A stretch of DNA of 58,387 bases, taken from positions 1-58,387 of the forward strand of contig JACDGI010000001.1 of assembly GCA_013821665.1 (NCBI GenBank), given 5' to 3'. Made by a program: the position numbers and the translations under genes. The DNA comes from Anaerolineae bacterium (lineage in GTDB: Bacteria > Chloroflexota > Anaerolineae > Aggregatilineales > Phototrophicaceae). This document shows positions 48,948 to 58,387 of the stretch, piece after piece. How positions within the stretch are numbered: the first letter of the stretch is position 1; every line of letters begins with the position of its first letter. The notes beneath the pieces were generated by a model. That model saw only the letters and a program-made list of their open reading frames with translations, was not told the origin of the DNA and made no database searches.

Positions 48948-50027
48948 ATGGATTCTAGACAAACTTCGCCTGCCAAACGCCGCTTCTACTCGCGTTACAT
49001 CGAAGCCGCACAACACACAGGTCATACGCTTTGGGACAGGGCCAATCAAGCGACGAAAGGCTATGTTGCTTATTTGGCTCAGGCGTTAAAAAACTTCGTA
49101 ACCAAGGGTACCACCGAGGCAGTTGTATTCGGCTATTGGGCGATGTTTTCGCTCTTTCCGCTGGTTATGCTCGGCGTGGTTTTGGCGACACTGGCTCTTG
49201 GTCCAGCCAGCGCCAGAGTCCAAGTCTATCGGATGTTAAGTCAGTACATTCCCGGTGGGGGCGACACCTTGATTCGTGAGAACATTGAGCAGGCCATTAA
49301 CCAGCGCAGCTCGTTCGGATTTATTGGAATCATCACCCTGACCTATGGAGCGACAGGTTTGTTCAGGAACTTACAGGCCAATCTGCGCCGCATTTTCCGT
49401 GATAAAAAATCACGGTCATTACCCATTCAAATTCTAATCGGCGTGATCATGATGATTGGACTTGCTATTCTGACAACAGCCTCCATCATCATTTCAGCAA
49501 TTTTCAGTGCAGTGCAAGGTGAACTGTTCCACCTGCCTCCCGTTTTGCTGGCAGCAGCTGGCGCCTTAATTCCTCTGGCAATTAATATGATCATGTTTGC
49601 GTTGATGTTCAGGTTAGTGCCGAGGACGAAAATCTCATGGCGGTCGATTCTTCCGGCAGCGCTGGTCGGTGCCTTTATCTGGGAAATGGGCAAGAACTTG
49701 TTCGGATTATATGTGGCGAATCTGGCCAATTTTGGTATCGTCTATGGGTCGCTTGGTACGGTGATTGGTCTCCTGACCTGGACTTACCTCACCGGCTGCA
49801 TCGTTTCCTTATGTGCTGAGATGGCTGTAGCCACCGAGGATTGGCGCACCGAGCAACCGCCTGCAATTGCGGTTACCACGCCAGACCTAAACAAACCTGC
49901 CAACGAACTACCGGCAAGTGCCGAGGGGCAGGTTATGAATATCGAAACGAACGACGGCAGACACGCTAGTGATCTCGAAAGCGCTAAGTCCGCTGTCGAG
50001 GCACTTAATGAGCCAAATGCCTCGTGA
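48948..50027 (+). CDS. YihY/virulence factor BrkB family membrane protein
   Basis: YWAMFSLFPL, FRLVP, WEMGK..F..Y, VYGSLGTVIGLLTWTYL. Confidence 0.92.
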   Translation: MDSRQTSPAKRRFYSRYIEAAQHTGHTLWDRANQATKGYVAYLAQALKNFVTKGTTEAVVFGYWAMFSLFPLVMLGVVLATLALGPASARVQVYRMLSQYIPGGGDTLIRENIEQAINQRSSFGFIGIITLTYGATGLFRNLQANLRRIFRDKKSRSLPIQILIGVIMMIGLAILTTASIIISAIFSAVQGELFHLPPVLLAAAGALIPLAINMIMFALMFRLVPRTKISWRSILPAALVGAFIWEMGKNLFGLYVANLANFGIVYGSLGTVIGLLTWTYLTGCIVSLCAEMAVATEDWRTEQPPAIAVTTPDLNKPANELPASAEGQVMNIETNDGRHASDLESAKSAVEALNEPNAS

Positions 50028-50690
50028 ATGCGTTTGTGTATGTCTTTAAAATCTCCGGGATATTTCAGGAATGTACGAAAACGATGCCTTCTTCCCCTGT
50101 GTTGGCTAACAATATCTCTAAAAATCACCATTTTTTCGTAGGCTACTTTCTCTGACTACAGATAAATTGTGATTGCTTTAAACTAATTCTGCGAAGCGTA
50201 AGTGATGGCTAATCTGCATTTCTTCAATAAAATAGATCTCTTTGACCAAAAGGAAGTTGCACAATACTCGTTTTACATGACCAATTTGGCATTTGGTTTT
50301 GCTTATTCAAGCCAGGGGCAATATCCAGATCATCTCTAATTGGTATTAACTTCTTCAATGGGTTAATGTATTTTCAAATACAGTACAATATAATTGTTGC
50401 GAACGGGTCGCCGTGCCTATCCCAGATATTTCAAAGTTGAATTTGCTTTTCACCGAGCCCCTTATCGGGTCGTCCTCATCCTTCCGACCCCGCAAACGTC
50501 GAACTTCAGACTAAAGTTGTCGAACTGTGTTTATCGGGGTGGAGCTTTCCAGAAATTGCACTGCATTTGGGTATCAGTGTTGGAACTGCATGGGATACCG
50601 CCAAAGGCAAAAACTAGGCATTTTATTGGTAAAATTGCCATGCCGATCGCAAAATGCTCGGTGGGCCACCTTACATTCTGCTGGCACAAT

Positions 50691-51398
50691 TTAGGTCGCG
50701 TTATCCGCCTCTACACGCTCAAAATGGCGTACTATGGGCTGAATCAGTGGACGATACACATAGCGAAGAAGCCAACCTGGCAAATACCGCCCCCGTTCCT
50801 CATAGGCTACACGCCCGCGTGGATGCTCCATGAATTTTGGGAGGATTGGTCTGTAAGAATGGACATTACACCATAGGTCAATCTTGGCGAGATGTTTCAC
50901 ATTTTTGTAGCCATAATGTGCAGGTGCGATAAGTCGCAGGGGCGAACCATGATTGTTCGTCAGCGGCTCACCATTGAGTGTATCTGCAAGCAGCACATCG
51001 TTTGCAAGTGCATCTTCCAGCAACAAACTGGCTCGATAGCCGTCTAAACCTCCGAAAACTGCGAGCTTAAGGTCTATGTTCGGGGGAAGCTGAGCCCGTA
51101 CAAGCTGTTCAAATACCTCTCGGAAGCGAAAGCCGCTCCAACTTACCCCCCGATAGCTCCATGTGGCAACGCAATGAAAGTCCGCAGCAAGTTCGACGCG
51201 TTCCAAATGTATCAGGTCTTCAGGACAAAGCTTGATAGCCGGAATATCGCCCGCTACCGTCAATGCATACGGCGTTGTGACGGGCGCTTGGAATTTTGCG
51301 AACGCTTGGACGCCAAAGCGTGGAAAGTCTGGTCTCGCTTGCTGACCTGCTGGCAGAATCGTTTCATGCTCAGTGATATTTTTCATCGTTATCCTCAT
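50691..51398 (-). CDS. Molybdopterin-dependent oxidoreductase (sulfite oxidase/MsrP-like Mo-binding domain)
   Basis: ADFHCVATWS, GLDGY, LNGEPL..NHGSPLRLIAPAHYGYKNVKHL. Confidence 0.92.
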   Translation of the reverse strand: MRITMKNITEHETILPAGQQARPDFPRFGVQAFAKFQAPVTTPYALTVAGDIPAIKLCPEDLIHLERVELAADFHCVATWSYRGVSWSGFRFREVFEQLVRAQLPPNIDLKLAVFGGLDGYRASLLLEDALANDVLLADTLNGEPLTNNHGSPLRLIAPAHYGYKNVKHLAKIDLWCNVHSYRPILPKFMEHPRGRVAYEERGRYLPGWLLRYVYRPLIQPIVRHFERVEADNAT

Positions 51399-51942
51399 TC
51401 AGTTGATACAGCCTTAGATACTCATCGAACAACGCGCGTAGTGCAACGCTATGCAGTGCGGGCTGCATTTGTTCGCTGCCTACCAGAATTGCGTATAACA
51501 TTTGCGCCATGAGATTAGCTTTGGTGGCATCGCCCGTAATTTCCTGACAAACGGATTGCAGATACTCGAGCCGCTGTTGATCGACACGCATCTGTACCTC
51601 GCGCACTGACCCATCTTGTAGTGCCCAGGCGCGAATAGCGATTTCGGAATTCAGAAGGGGTGTGGTCGAAATCGCGATGACCATATCAATCAATTTGCGA
51701 AGTTTGACATGCGGTGTCTGCAAATCAACAACCTGTTCAATGATTTGCAACGTGCCTTCCTGCTCATAAAAACTTAGTAGGCTTGCCTTGAAATCTTCGT
51801 ACCCTTCGAAGTGATGATAGAACGAGCCTTTTGTCACTTTTAGCTGCTGACACAGTGCTTCAATCGTGAGCCCCTGAGGACCAACTTGCTTTAGGAGCTG
51901 CATCCCGGCGACTAGCCAATCACGTTTCCCTCGCTTTCCCAA
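51370..51942 (-). CDS. TetR-family transcriptional regulator
   Basis: LTIEALCQQLKVTKGSFYHHF; TTG start. Confidence 0.93.
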   Translation of the reverse strand: MGKRGKRDWLVAGMQLLKQVGPQGLTIEALCQQLKVTKGSFYHHFEGYEDFKASLLSFYEQEGTLQIIEQVVDLQTPHVKLRKLIDMVIAISTTPLLNSEIAIRAWALQDGSVREVQMRVDQQRLEYLQSVCQEITGDATKANLMAQMLYAILVGSEQMQPALHSVALRALFDEYLRLYQLNEDNDEKYH

Positions 51943-51970
51943 AGTTCAACTCTCTTTCTATATTTTACTA

Positions 51971-52000
51971 AACATACCATACCGTATGGTATGTTGTCAA
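51971..52000 (-). promoter_or_regulatory. sigma70 promoter overlapped by a perfect palindromic operator (probable TetR site)
   Basis: AACATACCATAC-C-GTATGGTATGTT (51971-51995); on the minus strand TTGACA-N18-TATGTT with an extended TG. Confidence 0.8.
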
Positions 52001-52479
52001 TTGGACATAATATAATTGTAGGACTTTCGCTTGAAGGGGAATGAGATAGTATTGTAGAGGGATGATAACCAAACGTGAATACATCGACTATCTAATCAGT
52101 ACAGCAATAAAGCAGATTATCAGACAAACTTGAAGGCTAGAAAAGCATCGAAAATCTGCATAAAATAGGTGACTAAAATAAGGATTATCGTCACTCATTA
52201 GATAAAATTGTTTCTGTTGCAAGAGGGTAAATGTGAATGAAACGCAAGCTACTTTATTTGATAACGAGTTTGCTCATTTGCGCTCTCTTGGCGTATTTAG
52301 CATTAGTCGTTAATTGCTACTTCCCCTGTGTGCCAGAATGGGTGAAACAACTTCGCACTCAAGTTTAGTGTAAAGTCGAGGGCGAAGAAGGATGGAAGAC
52401 GATGGCACATACCGTAATCCTCTATAATGCAAATAGCGCGTCATTTTGGCGCACCCTATTGCACTCCCAAGGGAATTAT

Positions 52480-54171
52480 ATGCCCTATCTGAAACATCTT
52501 TACCGCTTAAAAAGATTAACTTTAGTGATATTGTTTCTGCTGCTTACAATAGAAGTCAGCCATGCCCAGTCTCCCGGAGACATGATTGCTGACCTCGGCT
52601 TTCGCCCTGCGGTGAACGGTTTTGGCTTCGAGAATTATGGCGAAGGGCATGATGATTTGACCGCGGTTGAAGTCCGGCGGCTGTTCGGGGACATTGCCTG
52701 CGAAAGCAGCCCTACGGGAGGAGACAATGGGTGCGGCTTGACTCCAACCGCGCAAATGTGGATGGAAAGTACCAATCAGGATATGAGCGGCGGTCATTGT
52801 GAGGGCATGGCGGCATTGAGTTTGCTGTTTTACACACGCACGGAAAACACTGACGCATTTGGCGGCGGCAATACCAATACCCTTGATCTGGAAGGCAACG
52901 ATCCACTGCAACGCGAAATCGCTTTCTGGTGGGCAACCCAGATGACTGACCCGACGGACACCAGCGTGATTAACGGTACGCCGTCAGAGATTGTCAACAA
53001 ACTGGTGGACTCCATAAACAGCAAGGGCGATACCTACACGGTTGGTATTTACATGCGCGATGGATCGGGGGGACACGCGATCACACCCTATGCCGTGACC
53101 GACCAGGGCAGCGGTATCAATTGGATCATGGTGTACGACAACAATTGGCCCGGTGATGAGCGCCACATCGAAGTGGACACCAAGGCCGAAACTTGGTCGT
53201 ACAATGCAGCGACTAACCCCGATGAACCAGAGTCCCTCTATGAAGGCGATGCCGAAACCAACACCTTGAGCCTGACACCCACCAGCCCACGCCTGAAAGC
53301 GCAGAACTGCCCCTTCTGCGGAAATGTCGATTATGGTTCAACCGAGGGCTACACTGGTGTTAGCATCAATGCCAAAGGCGCACGACTGACCGTGACCGAT
53401 GATAAGGGCAACGTGACCGGATACAGCGACGGCAAGTGGGTCAACAACATCCCCGGCGCGAAGGTCGTCATCCCCAAAAACATCTTCATACGGGGTGTAC
53501 TGCCGCCCCAGATCATGTTCCCCAACGGTTCGCCCTTCAAAATCACTGCCACCGAAGGGCCGAATACGCCCCCGAATGACAAAGCGACCTTTACGGTTGT
53601 CCGCAATGGCGCAATTACTCAGGTCAGTGGTGTTGACTTGAGCAGCAATCCCGATTCGCTCAACGTAGATGGCCCCGCCATCCAATATACATCGGGCGAT
53701 GGCGGCGAAACCCCCACCATTGAGCAGGGCGTGACCAATGCAGGCGATGACTACCGCTATGTTGTCGAAGGTAATTCGGCGATGTCAGACAACGGGACGC
53801 TCGACTTTTCGGTCGATCCCCAGAACGGTGCATTCAAAGTGGGTGGTTCCGATGCCAACCAATACAGCGTGAATGTGGACCGGATTGATGAGCAAGGCAA
53901 CGACACCAATTTCTTCACCAATAATCTGGATGTCGGTGCGGGTGACACTGCCGACTTGAATGCGGGAACGTGGAAAGATGGCGATCAAATCACCGGAGAC
54001 ATTACTGGCGCTGATGGGTCAGAAGTTGCGCCGGTTGACCTGCAAGACGAACCACAACCGACCGATCAATCCTCCATAGATCAGTCGACAGATACACAGC
54101 CAACTGAAGCAAGTACCGACACAGGCTCAAGCGATCAAGGAACGCCCGCCGACAATTCGAGCGGCGGCTAA
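52480..54171 (+). CDS. Secreted protein with a putative papain/transglutaminase-like Cys-His-Asp triad and an acidic tail
   Basis: Signal peptide; GGHCEGMA, GGHAITPY, VYDNNWP; Asp/Thr-rich C-terminus. Confidence 0.75.
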   Translation: MPYLKHLYRLKRLTLVILFLLLTIEVSHAQSPGDMIADLGFRPAVNGFGFENYGEGHDDLTAVEVRRLFGDIACESSPTGGDNGCGLTPTAQMWMESTNQDMSGGHCEGMAALSLLFYTRTENTDAFGGGNTNTLDLEGNDPLQREIAFWWATQMTDPTDTSVINGTPSEIVNKLVDSINSKGDTYTVGIYMRDGSGGHAITPYAVTDQGSGINWIMVYDNNWPGDERHIEVDTKAETWSYNAATNPDEPESLYEGDAETNTLSLTPTSPRLKAQNCPFCGNVDYGSTEGYTGVSINAKGARLTVTDDKGNVTGYSDGKWVNNIPGAKVVIPKNIFIRGVLPPQIMFPNGSPFKITATEGPNTPPNDKATFTVVRNGAITQVSGVDLSSNPDSLNVDGPAIQYTSGDGGETPTIEQGVTNAGDDYRYVVEGNSAMSDNGTLDFSVDPQNGAFKVGGSDANQYSVNVDRIDEQGNDTNFFTNNLDVGAGDTADLNAGTWKDGDQITGDITGADGSEVAPVDLQDEPQPTDQSSIDQSTDTQPTEASTDTGSSDQGTPADNSSGG

Positions 54172-54183
54172 AGTCAGCCGTCA

Positions 54184-54213
54184 ATAAGGGACACAGTGGA
54201 GTGTGTCCCTTAT
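54184..54213. terminator. Stem-loop after the 52480-54171 gene
   Basis: ATAAGGGACAC...GTGTCCCTTAT 11-bp stem. Confidence 0.6.
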
Positions 54214-54468
54214 GCATCAAGTTAAGGGAAAAAGGTGTCCTTGTTGCATCTGACAGCAATCCAAATAGGCAAGTTACAGATGTGTGCCGATATACCGAAA
54301 ATGCGACAACTAGGGGCCTTCTAAGGCACAGCACGCGATGAAGCCCTGCTTGGCAAGAGTTGTATCCCATGCAGCATTTACTAATGGGGATGGCAACTCG
54401 GCAGGACTATATCGATTCCGGCTGAAATATTTTAGTTATTTTCCTTCCAAAATAGGTCATGTAAATAA

Positions 54469-54535
54469 CACTTAACATGAGCTATCTGGTAAACCCCAAA
54501 TAGCGTCTGACGAGTACCCCTAACCTGATGAATAT
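54469..54535 (+). repeat. 67-bp direct repeat, copy 2
   Basis: Identical to 1544-1610. Confidence 0.95.
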
Positions 54536-54546
54536 CATTAATCCGA

Positions 54547-54876
54547 ATGCCAACAACCTGTTTGCCAATCCCCTGTCCGATTATGCCGGGATGCTGGAGG
54601 TGCTATTGGGTGGTATGTCCACGAGTAGCAAACGCCAATATGAACACACCTACGCCGATTGACGGCTGTGGTGTGCCAATGACGGATGATGGCCTTTACA
54701 TGCAGTTCTACAAAGACTTCGCCCCGCACGATGCATGGCGGGCGCTGATTAGCGACCTGTTGGAGTCCGGGACCTACATTGGTGATGTGCGGGTCATTGC
54801 CCGTCACGCCAACGGAAGTACCATCTTACGCAACGCTAAAGCCCATGACCTTCGTGTCATCAAGAGCCGCGCCTAG
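54547..54876 (+). pseudogene. Degenerate tyrosine-recombinase C-terminal fragment
   Basis: FAPHDAWRALISDLLESGTYIGDVRVIARHANGSTILR resembles the PHDxRRTxISDLL..G..I..V...AGH box II; catalytic Tyr absent. Confidence 0.6.
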
Positions 54877-55008
54877 TTGGGGTACTCAATTTAACGGATA
54901 ACGAGGGATAAATATCAAATAAAGAAGCCTGCAACTTCCATTTGGAATGTCACAGGCTCGAAGTGCGCTAGGTTTGCTAACCTACCAGCATGATGATTGT
55001 TGAATAGA

Positions 55009-56496
55009 TTAACCCGGTGTAGTTGCAGGCGCAGGTGTGGCTGCCGGTGCGCTAGTGGCTGCGGGCGCAGTAGTAGCTTGAGGTGCAGCCGTTGCGTTGG
55101 GCATATTGGTAGCCCCAGTTTTAGAGGTCGCCTCAGCCGTTGATTCGGATGATGTACCTTCAGCCGGAACCAACTTCCACACCTTTCCCGTATCACCAGT
55201 GGGCGCTCCGCTCTGGCTGGTCATGACATACAATTCGCCGTCATCGCCTTGCCCGATACCAAGAACATGTGCTCCCAGTCGGTCATTGGGCATACTTGCA
55301 ACCTTCAGTTCGCCCCACTTCCACATACCCGTGCCACTGTCTGGCGCTTCAGCCCATAACAGTGTTCCATCAGGCTGGTCAGAATTGGCCTTATTGTAAT
55401 CACCGAAGATATAGTAGCCGGCTAAGTTGGTGATTGCGCTCCCTCGATAAATATAGCCGCCGATCACAACCACACCCACCTGATCGTGGCTGTACTCAAT
55501 GATGGGGTCAATCAAGGGCTTGCCATCTGCACCCGTGCTGGCACAGCTATCAATTTCGGTCTTCGGGTCTTTGGCATTGAAGCAGTGTGTACCTTCCTTG
55601 ATGTTCCAGCCATAGTTACCACCTGCTGTAACGATGTCCACTTCTTCGTATTCGTTTTGCCCTGCATCAGCCGCAAAGAGTTGCTTGTCACCACCCATAT
55701 CGAAGGAAATGTGATATGGATTACGGAGGCCGTAGGCGTAAATTTCGGGAGCAATTTTGTCCTGACCAACGAATGGATTATCCTTTGGCACAGTGTAATC
55801 ACCAGGATTGCCGTTTACATCAATCCGTAAAATGCTCCCATGCAGTTCGCTTAAATCTTGTGCATTTCCAAAATTAGGTGTATGCCCTACATCGACATCA
55901 TTTGCACCACCGCCGTCACCAATGGGGATGTAGAGATAGCCATCCGGCCCAAAGGTGATATGACCAGAGTCATGGTTAAACTCTGGTTGGTCAATTTGCA
56001 GCACCGTTTTCTGCGAAGCCAAATCCCCTTTATTCGGATTGTCTTTAGAGACCGAGAATTCGGCTAACGTATTGGTATGATCCCAACCCGCAGGCGCACC
56101 CGTCCGCAACGGTGTTGTGTAATAAACAAAAAAGCGTCCGTTCTTGGCATAATCCGGATGGAAGGCCAAGCCAAGCGTACCACGCTCGTCATAATCAGAT
56201 TTGAGTGGCACGATCAGTCCACTTAGGTCAAGAAATGGATCGGTCATTAGTTTGCCATCTGATCCGATAATCCGAATCTTTCCCACTTGATCGACAACAA
56301 ACAGTCTCCCGGTGCCGTCATGTGCCGATGCCATCGCAACAGGCGATGTCAACCCTTCGGCCACTAATTGGACACTGACCGTATATTCTTCACTCTTATC
56401 CTGGGCGGCTACATGAAGCACCGCTGAAAGCGAAACGACTAAAAGAGAAAGGATGAGCCACTGTACAATTTTTCTTTGAAACTTACGCTCAGCCAT
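55009..56496 (-). CDS. PQQ-dependent sugar dehydrogenase (glucose/sorbosone dehydrogenase family), secreted
   Basis: ERGTLGLAFHPDY, NHDSGHITFGPDGYLY..GDGG, YAYGLRNPY..SFD, GGNYGW; Ala/Thr/Pro tail. Confidence 0.93.
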   Translation of the reverse strand: MAERKFQRKIVQWLILSLLVVSLSAVLHVAAQDKSEEYTVSVQLVAEGLTSPVAMASAHDGTGRLFVVDQVGKIRIIGSDGKLMTDPFLDLSGLIVPLKSDYDERGTLGLAFHPDYAKNGRFFVYYTTPLRTGAPAGWDHTNTLAEFSVSKDNPNKGDLASQKTVLQIDQPEFNHDSGHITFGPDGYLYIPIGDGGGANDVDVGHTPNFGNAQDLSELHGSILRIDVNGNPGDYTVPKDNPFVGQDKIAPEIYAYGLRNPYHISFDMGGDKQLFAADAGQNEYEEVDIVTAGGNYGWNIKEGTHCFNAKDPKTEIDSCASTGADGKPLIDPIIEYSHDQVGVVVIGGYIYRGSAITNLAGYYIFGDYNKANSDQPDGTLLWAEAPDSGTGMWKWGELKVASMPNDRLGAHVLGIGQGDDGELYVMTSQSGAPTGDTGKVWKLVPAEGTSSESTAEATSKTGATNMPNATAAPQATTAPAATSAPAATPAPATTPG

Positions 56497-56555
56497 TTAA
56501 ACCTCCAACTAATGAAATTTACGAATGGAAAACTCAAAAACAGAATGGGTATATG

Positions 56556-56590
56556 AGACTCAGCCGTTGGACTATCCAACGGCTGAGTCT
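56556..56590. terminator. Perfect 16-bp stem-loop between co-oriented genes
   Basis: AGACTCAGCCGTTGGA-CTA-TCCAACGGCTGAGTCT. Confidence 0.65.
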
Positions 56591-56634
56591 TATTAGAGTA
56601 TCGAACACTGCGAGGACACAGTGTCTTCAATCAA

Positions 56635-57060
56635 CTACCTAGGATGAATATTCGCACAAGCCATCAATTTGAAATCACCTGCACGACGTACAGAAACAGA
56701 GTTGATCTCATCGAGATCGTCATCCGCATTGCCCTCTGTCACGCCGACACCCGCTCGATTGGCAGTATAAATGCCACCAATGACATCTGATGCAGAATAA
56801 GGTTCAAGCTCACAGACATGATTGCTGTAGTATAGGGAAACGTAGGCGTTGCCCGCCTTTAGGCCGAAGCCTACAATATTGATATGGGTTCCACCCTGCG
56901 GCAACTGTCGCAGTAAAACAAAACCCTCTACACCGGAGTTGCCCACTTGGTGCAACCTCACCATCGCTCGCTTCTGCGGTGCCGCAGTGGCGACGCTCAC
57001 TGTCATCAAAAGTAAGAGTACAGTACTTAGAAAAAGTGTACTAAGCCGTTTCATATTCAT
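56635..57060 (-). CDS. Secreted hypothetical protein (Cu/Zn-SOD-like fold possible)
   Basis: Signal peptide; NSGVEG.V.L...GTHI.I...GL, C-terminal ACANI; SOD metal-binding His residues not conserved. Confidence 0.7.
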   Translation of the reverse strand: MNMKRLSTLFLSTVLLLLMTVSVATAAPQKRAMVRLHQVGNSGVEGFVLLRQLPQGGTHINIVGFGLKAGNAYVSLYYSNHVCELEPYSASDVIGGIYTANRAGVGVTEGNADDDLDEINSVSVRRAGDFKLMACANIHPR

Positions 57061-57305
57061 TTCCCAACCTCCAATAATCTGACGGGATCGAACGATTTGG
57101 CGATGGCAAATGTTATAAGTGGAAGTAAGTTTGTGTATTTGCCTTTACAAAGCTATCGTCTGGATTCTGATGCTGGATCTTTTGAAACAGCCGAAATAAC
57201 GACCTCTCATTCAATTCTTATTATGGTCACTCATCCAATTCTTATGTGGAATTAATAAGGTAAATTGATTTAGTTCATACTTACAGATCCCACAAGAAAG
57301 TCGTT

Positions 57306-57857
57306 ATGTTGCTTTCCGATGGCGAGTTGCTGCGGTTGATTGCTCTCCACAATCAAGACGCGCTTTCTGAGCTTTATCGGCGTTACTGTAACCTCGTATA
57401 TAGTTTGGCATTCCACACTCTGCAAAATGCAGACTGGGCTGAAGAAGTTACTCAAGATGTATTCATAAAAATTTGGACGCAGCCCGATCGCTGGAATCCA
57501 ACAGGTGGGAAATTTAGTAGCTGGTTGCTAACAGTAACCCGTTATACCGCGATTGATCGCTTGCGGAAGGAGCAGCATCATTCCAGTAGAGAGGTTCAAT
57601 TACCCGAAAGTATTCCCTGTGAAATTGAAGATGGGTTTTTGGGTGATGAATTGGGTAAGGATTTTCGCATGTTGATGGATCAACTACCCACCAATCAAGC
57701 TCAGGTCATACAACTGGCGTTCTTTCGAGGCATGACCCATAAGCAGATGGCTAGCGCGTTAGACTTGCCGATAGGTACGGTCAAGACGCGGCTCAGGCTC
57801 GGCCTCTCAAAATTAAAGCACTCTGTTACCGAATCATTCAGATTGAAAATTAATTGA
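57306..57857 (+). CDS. ECF RNA polymerase sigma factor (SigK-like)
   Basis: AEEVTQDVFIKIW, FSSWLL.VTR..AIDRLR, GMTHKQMA..L.LPIGTVKTRLRLGL. Confidence 0.95.
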   Translation: MLLSDGELLRLIALHNQDALSELYRRYCNLVYSLAFHTLQNADWAEEVTQDVFIKIWTQPDRWNPTGGKFSSWLLTVTRYTAIDRLRKEQHHSSREVQLPESIPCEIEDGFLGDELGKDFRMLMDQLPTNQAQVIQLAFFRGMTHKQMASALDLPIGTVKTRLRLGLSKLKHSVTESFRLKIN

Positions 57858-57992
57858 ATGCTATACTTTAAGTTGAAGTGACATGTGATTCATAACCAAG
57901 GTTTTGATAAATCAGCCCGTCTATAGCAGTTAACATCCAGAAAGTGTTTGACAGCGTTTATGAAGCTGGTTCAGGCAAATAATTCTAACCAT

Positions 57993-58387
57993 ATGGGATG
58001 TACTGAAGTACACATCCTTATACCCGCTTACAGTGTCGGAGCGACTGACCTTGAGGAAACACGCCTCGTTGAGAGGCATCTTGAATGTTGTCCTGCTGCC
58101 GCAGCCGAATTAAGAGAATATCGTGCCTTGACCGAAAAAATGCTTTATAGCGTCCCTCTGATGCCCGCGCCTGCCGATGTCCATAATAAATTAATGGCGA
58201 GAATACAGGAAAGTGACTCTCACCCTGCTCCTGCTGGCCTATCCAATCCCGTAGGCTTGAGGACGAGAATCAAACATTCGTTTGTGTCCAACGTAAAACA
58301 ACCTCTCTTTTTGTCCACCGCATTAGCATTGCTGTTGCTACTGGTATCCAACCTGTATTGGAACAATCAAATTGTCCAGTTACAGAA
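57993..58387 (+). CDS. Anti-sigma factor (RskA-like, zinc-finger-type N-terminus), partial
   Basis: Manual translation: MGCTEVHILIPAYSVGA...VERHLECCPAA..EL.EY...P....HNKLMARI, then a TM helix; runs off the window. Confidence 0.85.
   Translation, partial: MGCTEVHILIPAYSVGATDLEETRLVERHLECCPAAAAELREYRALTEKMLYSVPLMPAPADVHNKLMARIQESDSHPAPAGLSNPVGLRTRIKHSFVSNVKQPLFLSTALALLLLLVSNLYWNNQIVQLQ

Noticed and set aside
50394-50876. 160-aa plus-strand ORF
   Set aside because: Overlaps the Mo-oxidoreductase antisense, with no RBS or motif; the region looks like degraded DNA
54879-54887. GGGGTACTC, inverted relative to GAGTACCCC in the 67-bp repeat
   Set aside because: Only 9 bp, no extended IR and no TSD

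Overview
A 58-kb accessory region, probably from a Chloroflexota (Anaerolineae-like) bacterium. That assignment is inferred from protein style (DATPEATEE signal-proximal motif, kinase-LuxR-STAND-WD40 protein), not proven. Left to right: a partial CheB/CheR gene; an intact Tn3-family transposon (38-bp IRs, AATAT TSD); a PAS gene interrupted by an IS3 element; an IS481 element beside a third Tn3 end; a large Rhs toxin locus; a plasmid/ICE-like backbone (two LexA-type HTH genes, MerR-HTH, ParR-like/ParM, Uma2, prim-pol Rep, PHAX-domain protein, RelE/ParE-type TA pair, tyrosine and serine recombinases); a STAND regulator with an esterase; AI-2E and YihY membrane genes; TetR plus a Mo-oxidoreductase; secreted proteins; and an ECF sigma/anti-sigma pair. 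Main observation: a 3,022-bp IS1182-family element (13268-16289) with perfect 17-bp terminal IRs and a 6-bp TSD (ATTCGT). Its cargo is an Rhs core-end motif, a new HExxH C-terminal toxin and a small membrane gene (putative immunity). It has inserted in frame two codons upstream of the DPSG cleavage motif of a 3188-aa Rhs gene. The IR is translated (DAVGEL), the new toxin tip is fused on, and the original tip (LVDPSG-MIAQ..., 12746-13261) is displaced downstream as an orphan. This looks like transposon-driven Rhs toxin swapping. No rRNA, tRNA or CRISPR array was seen.
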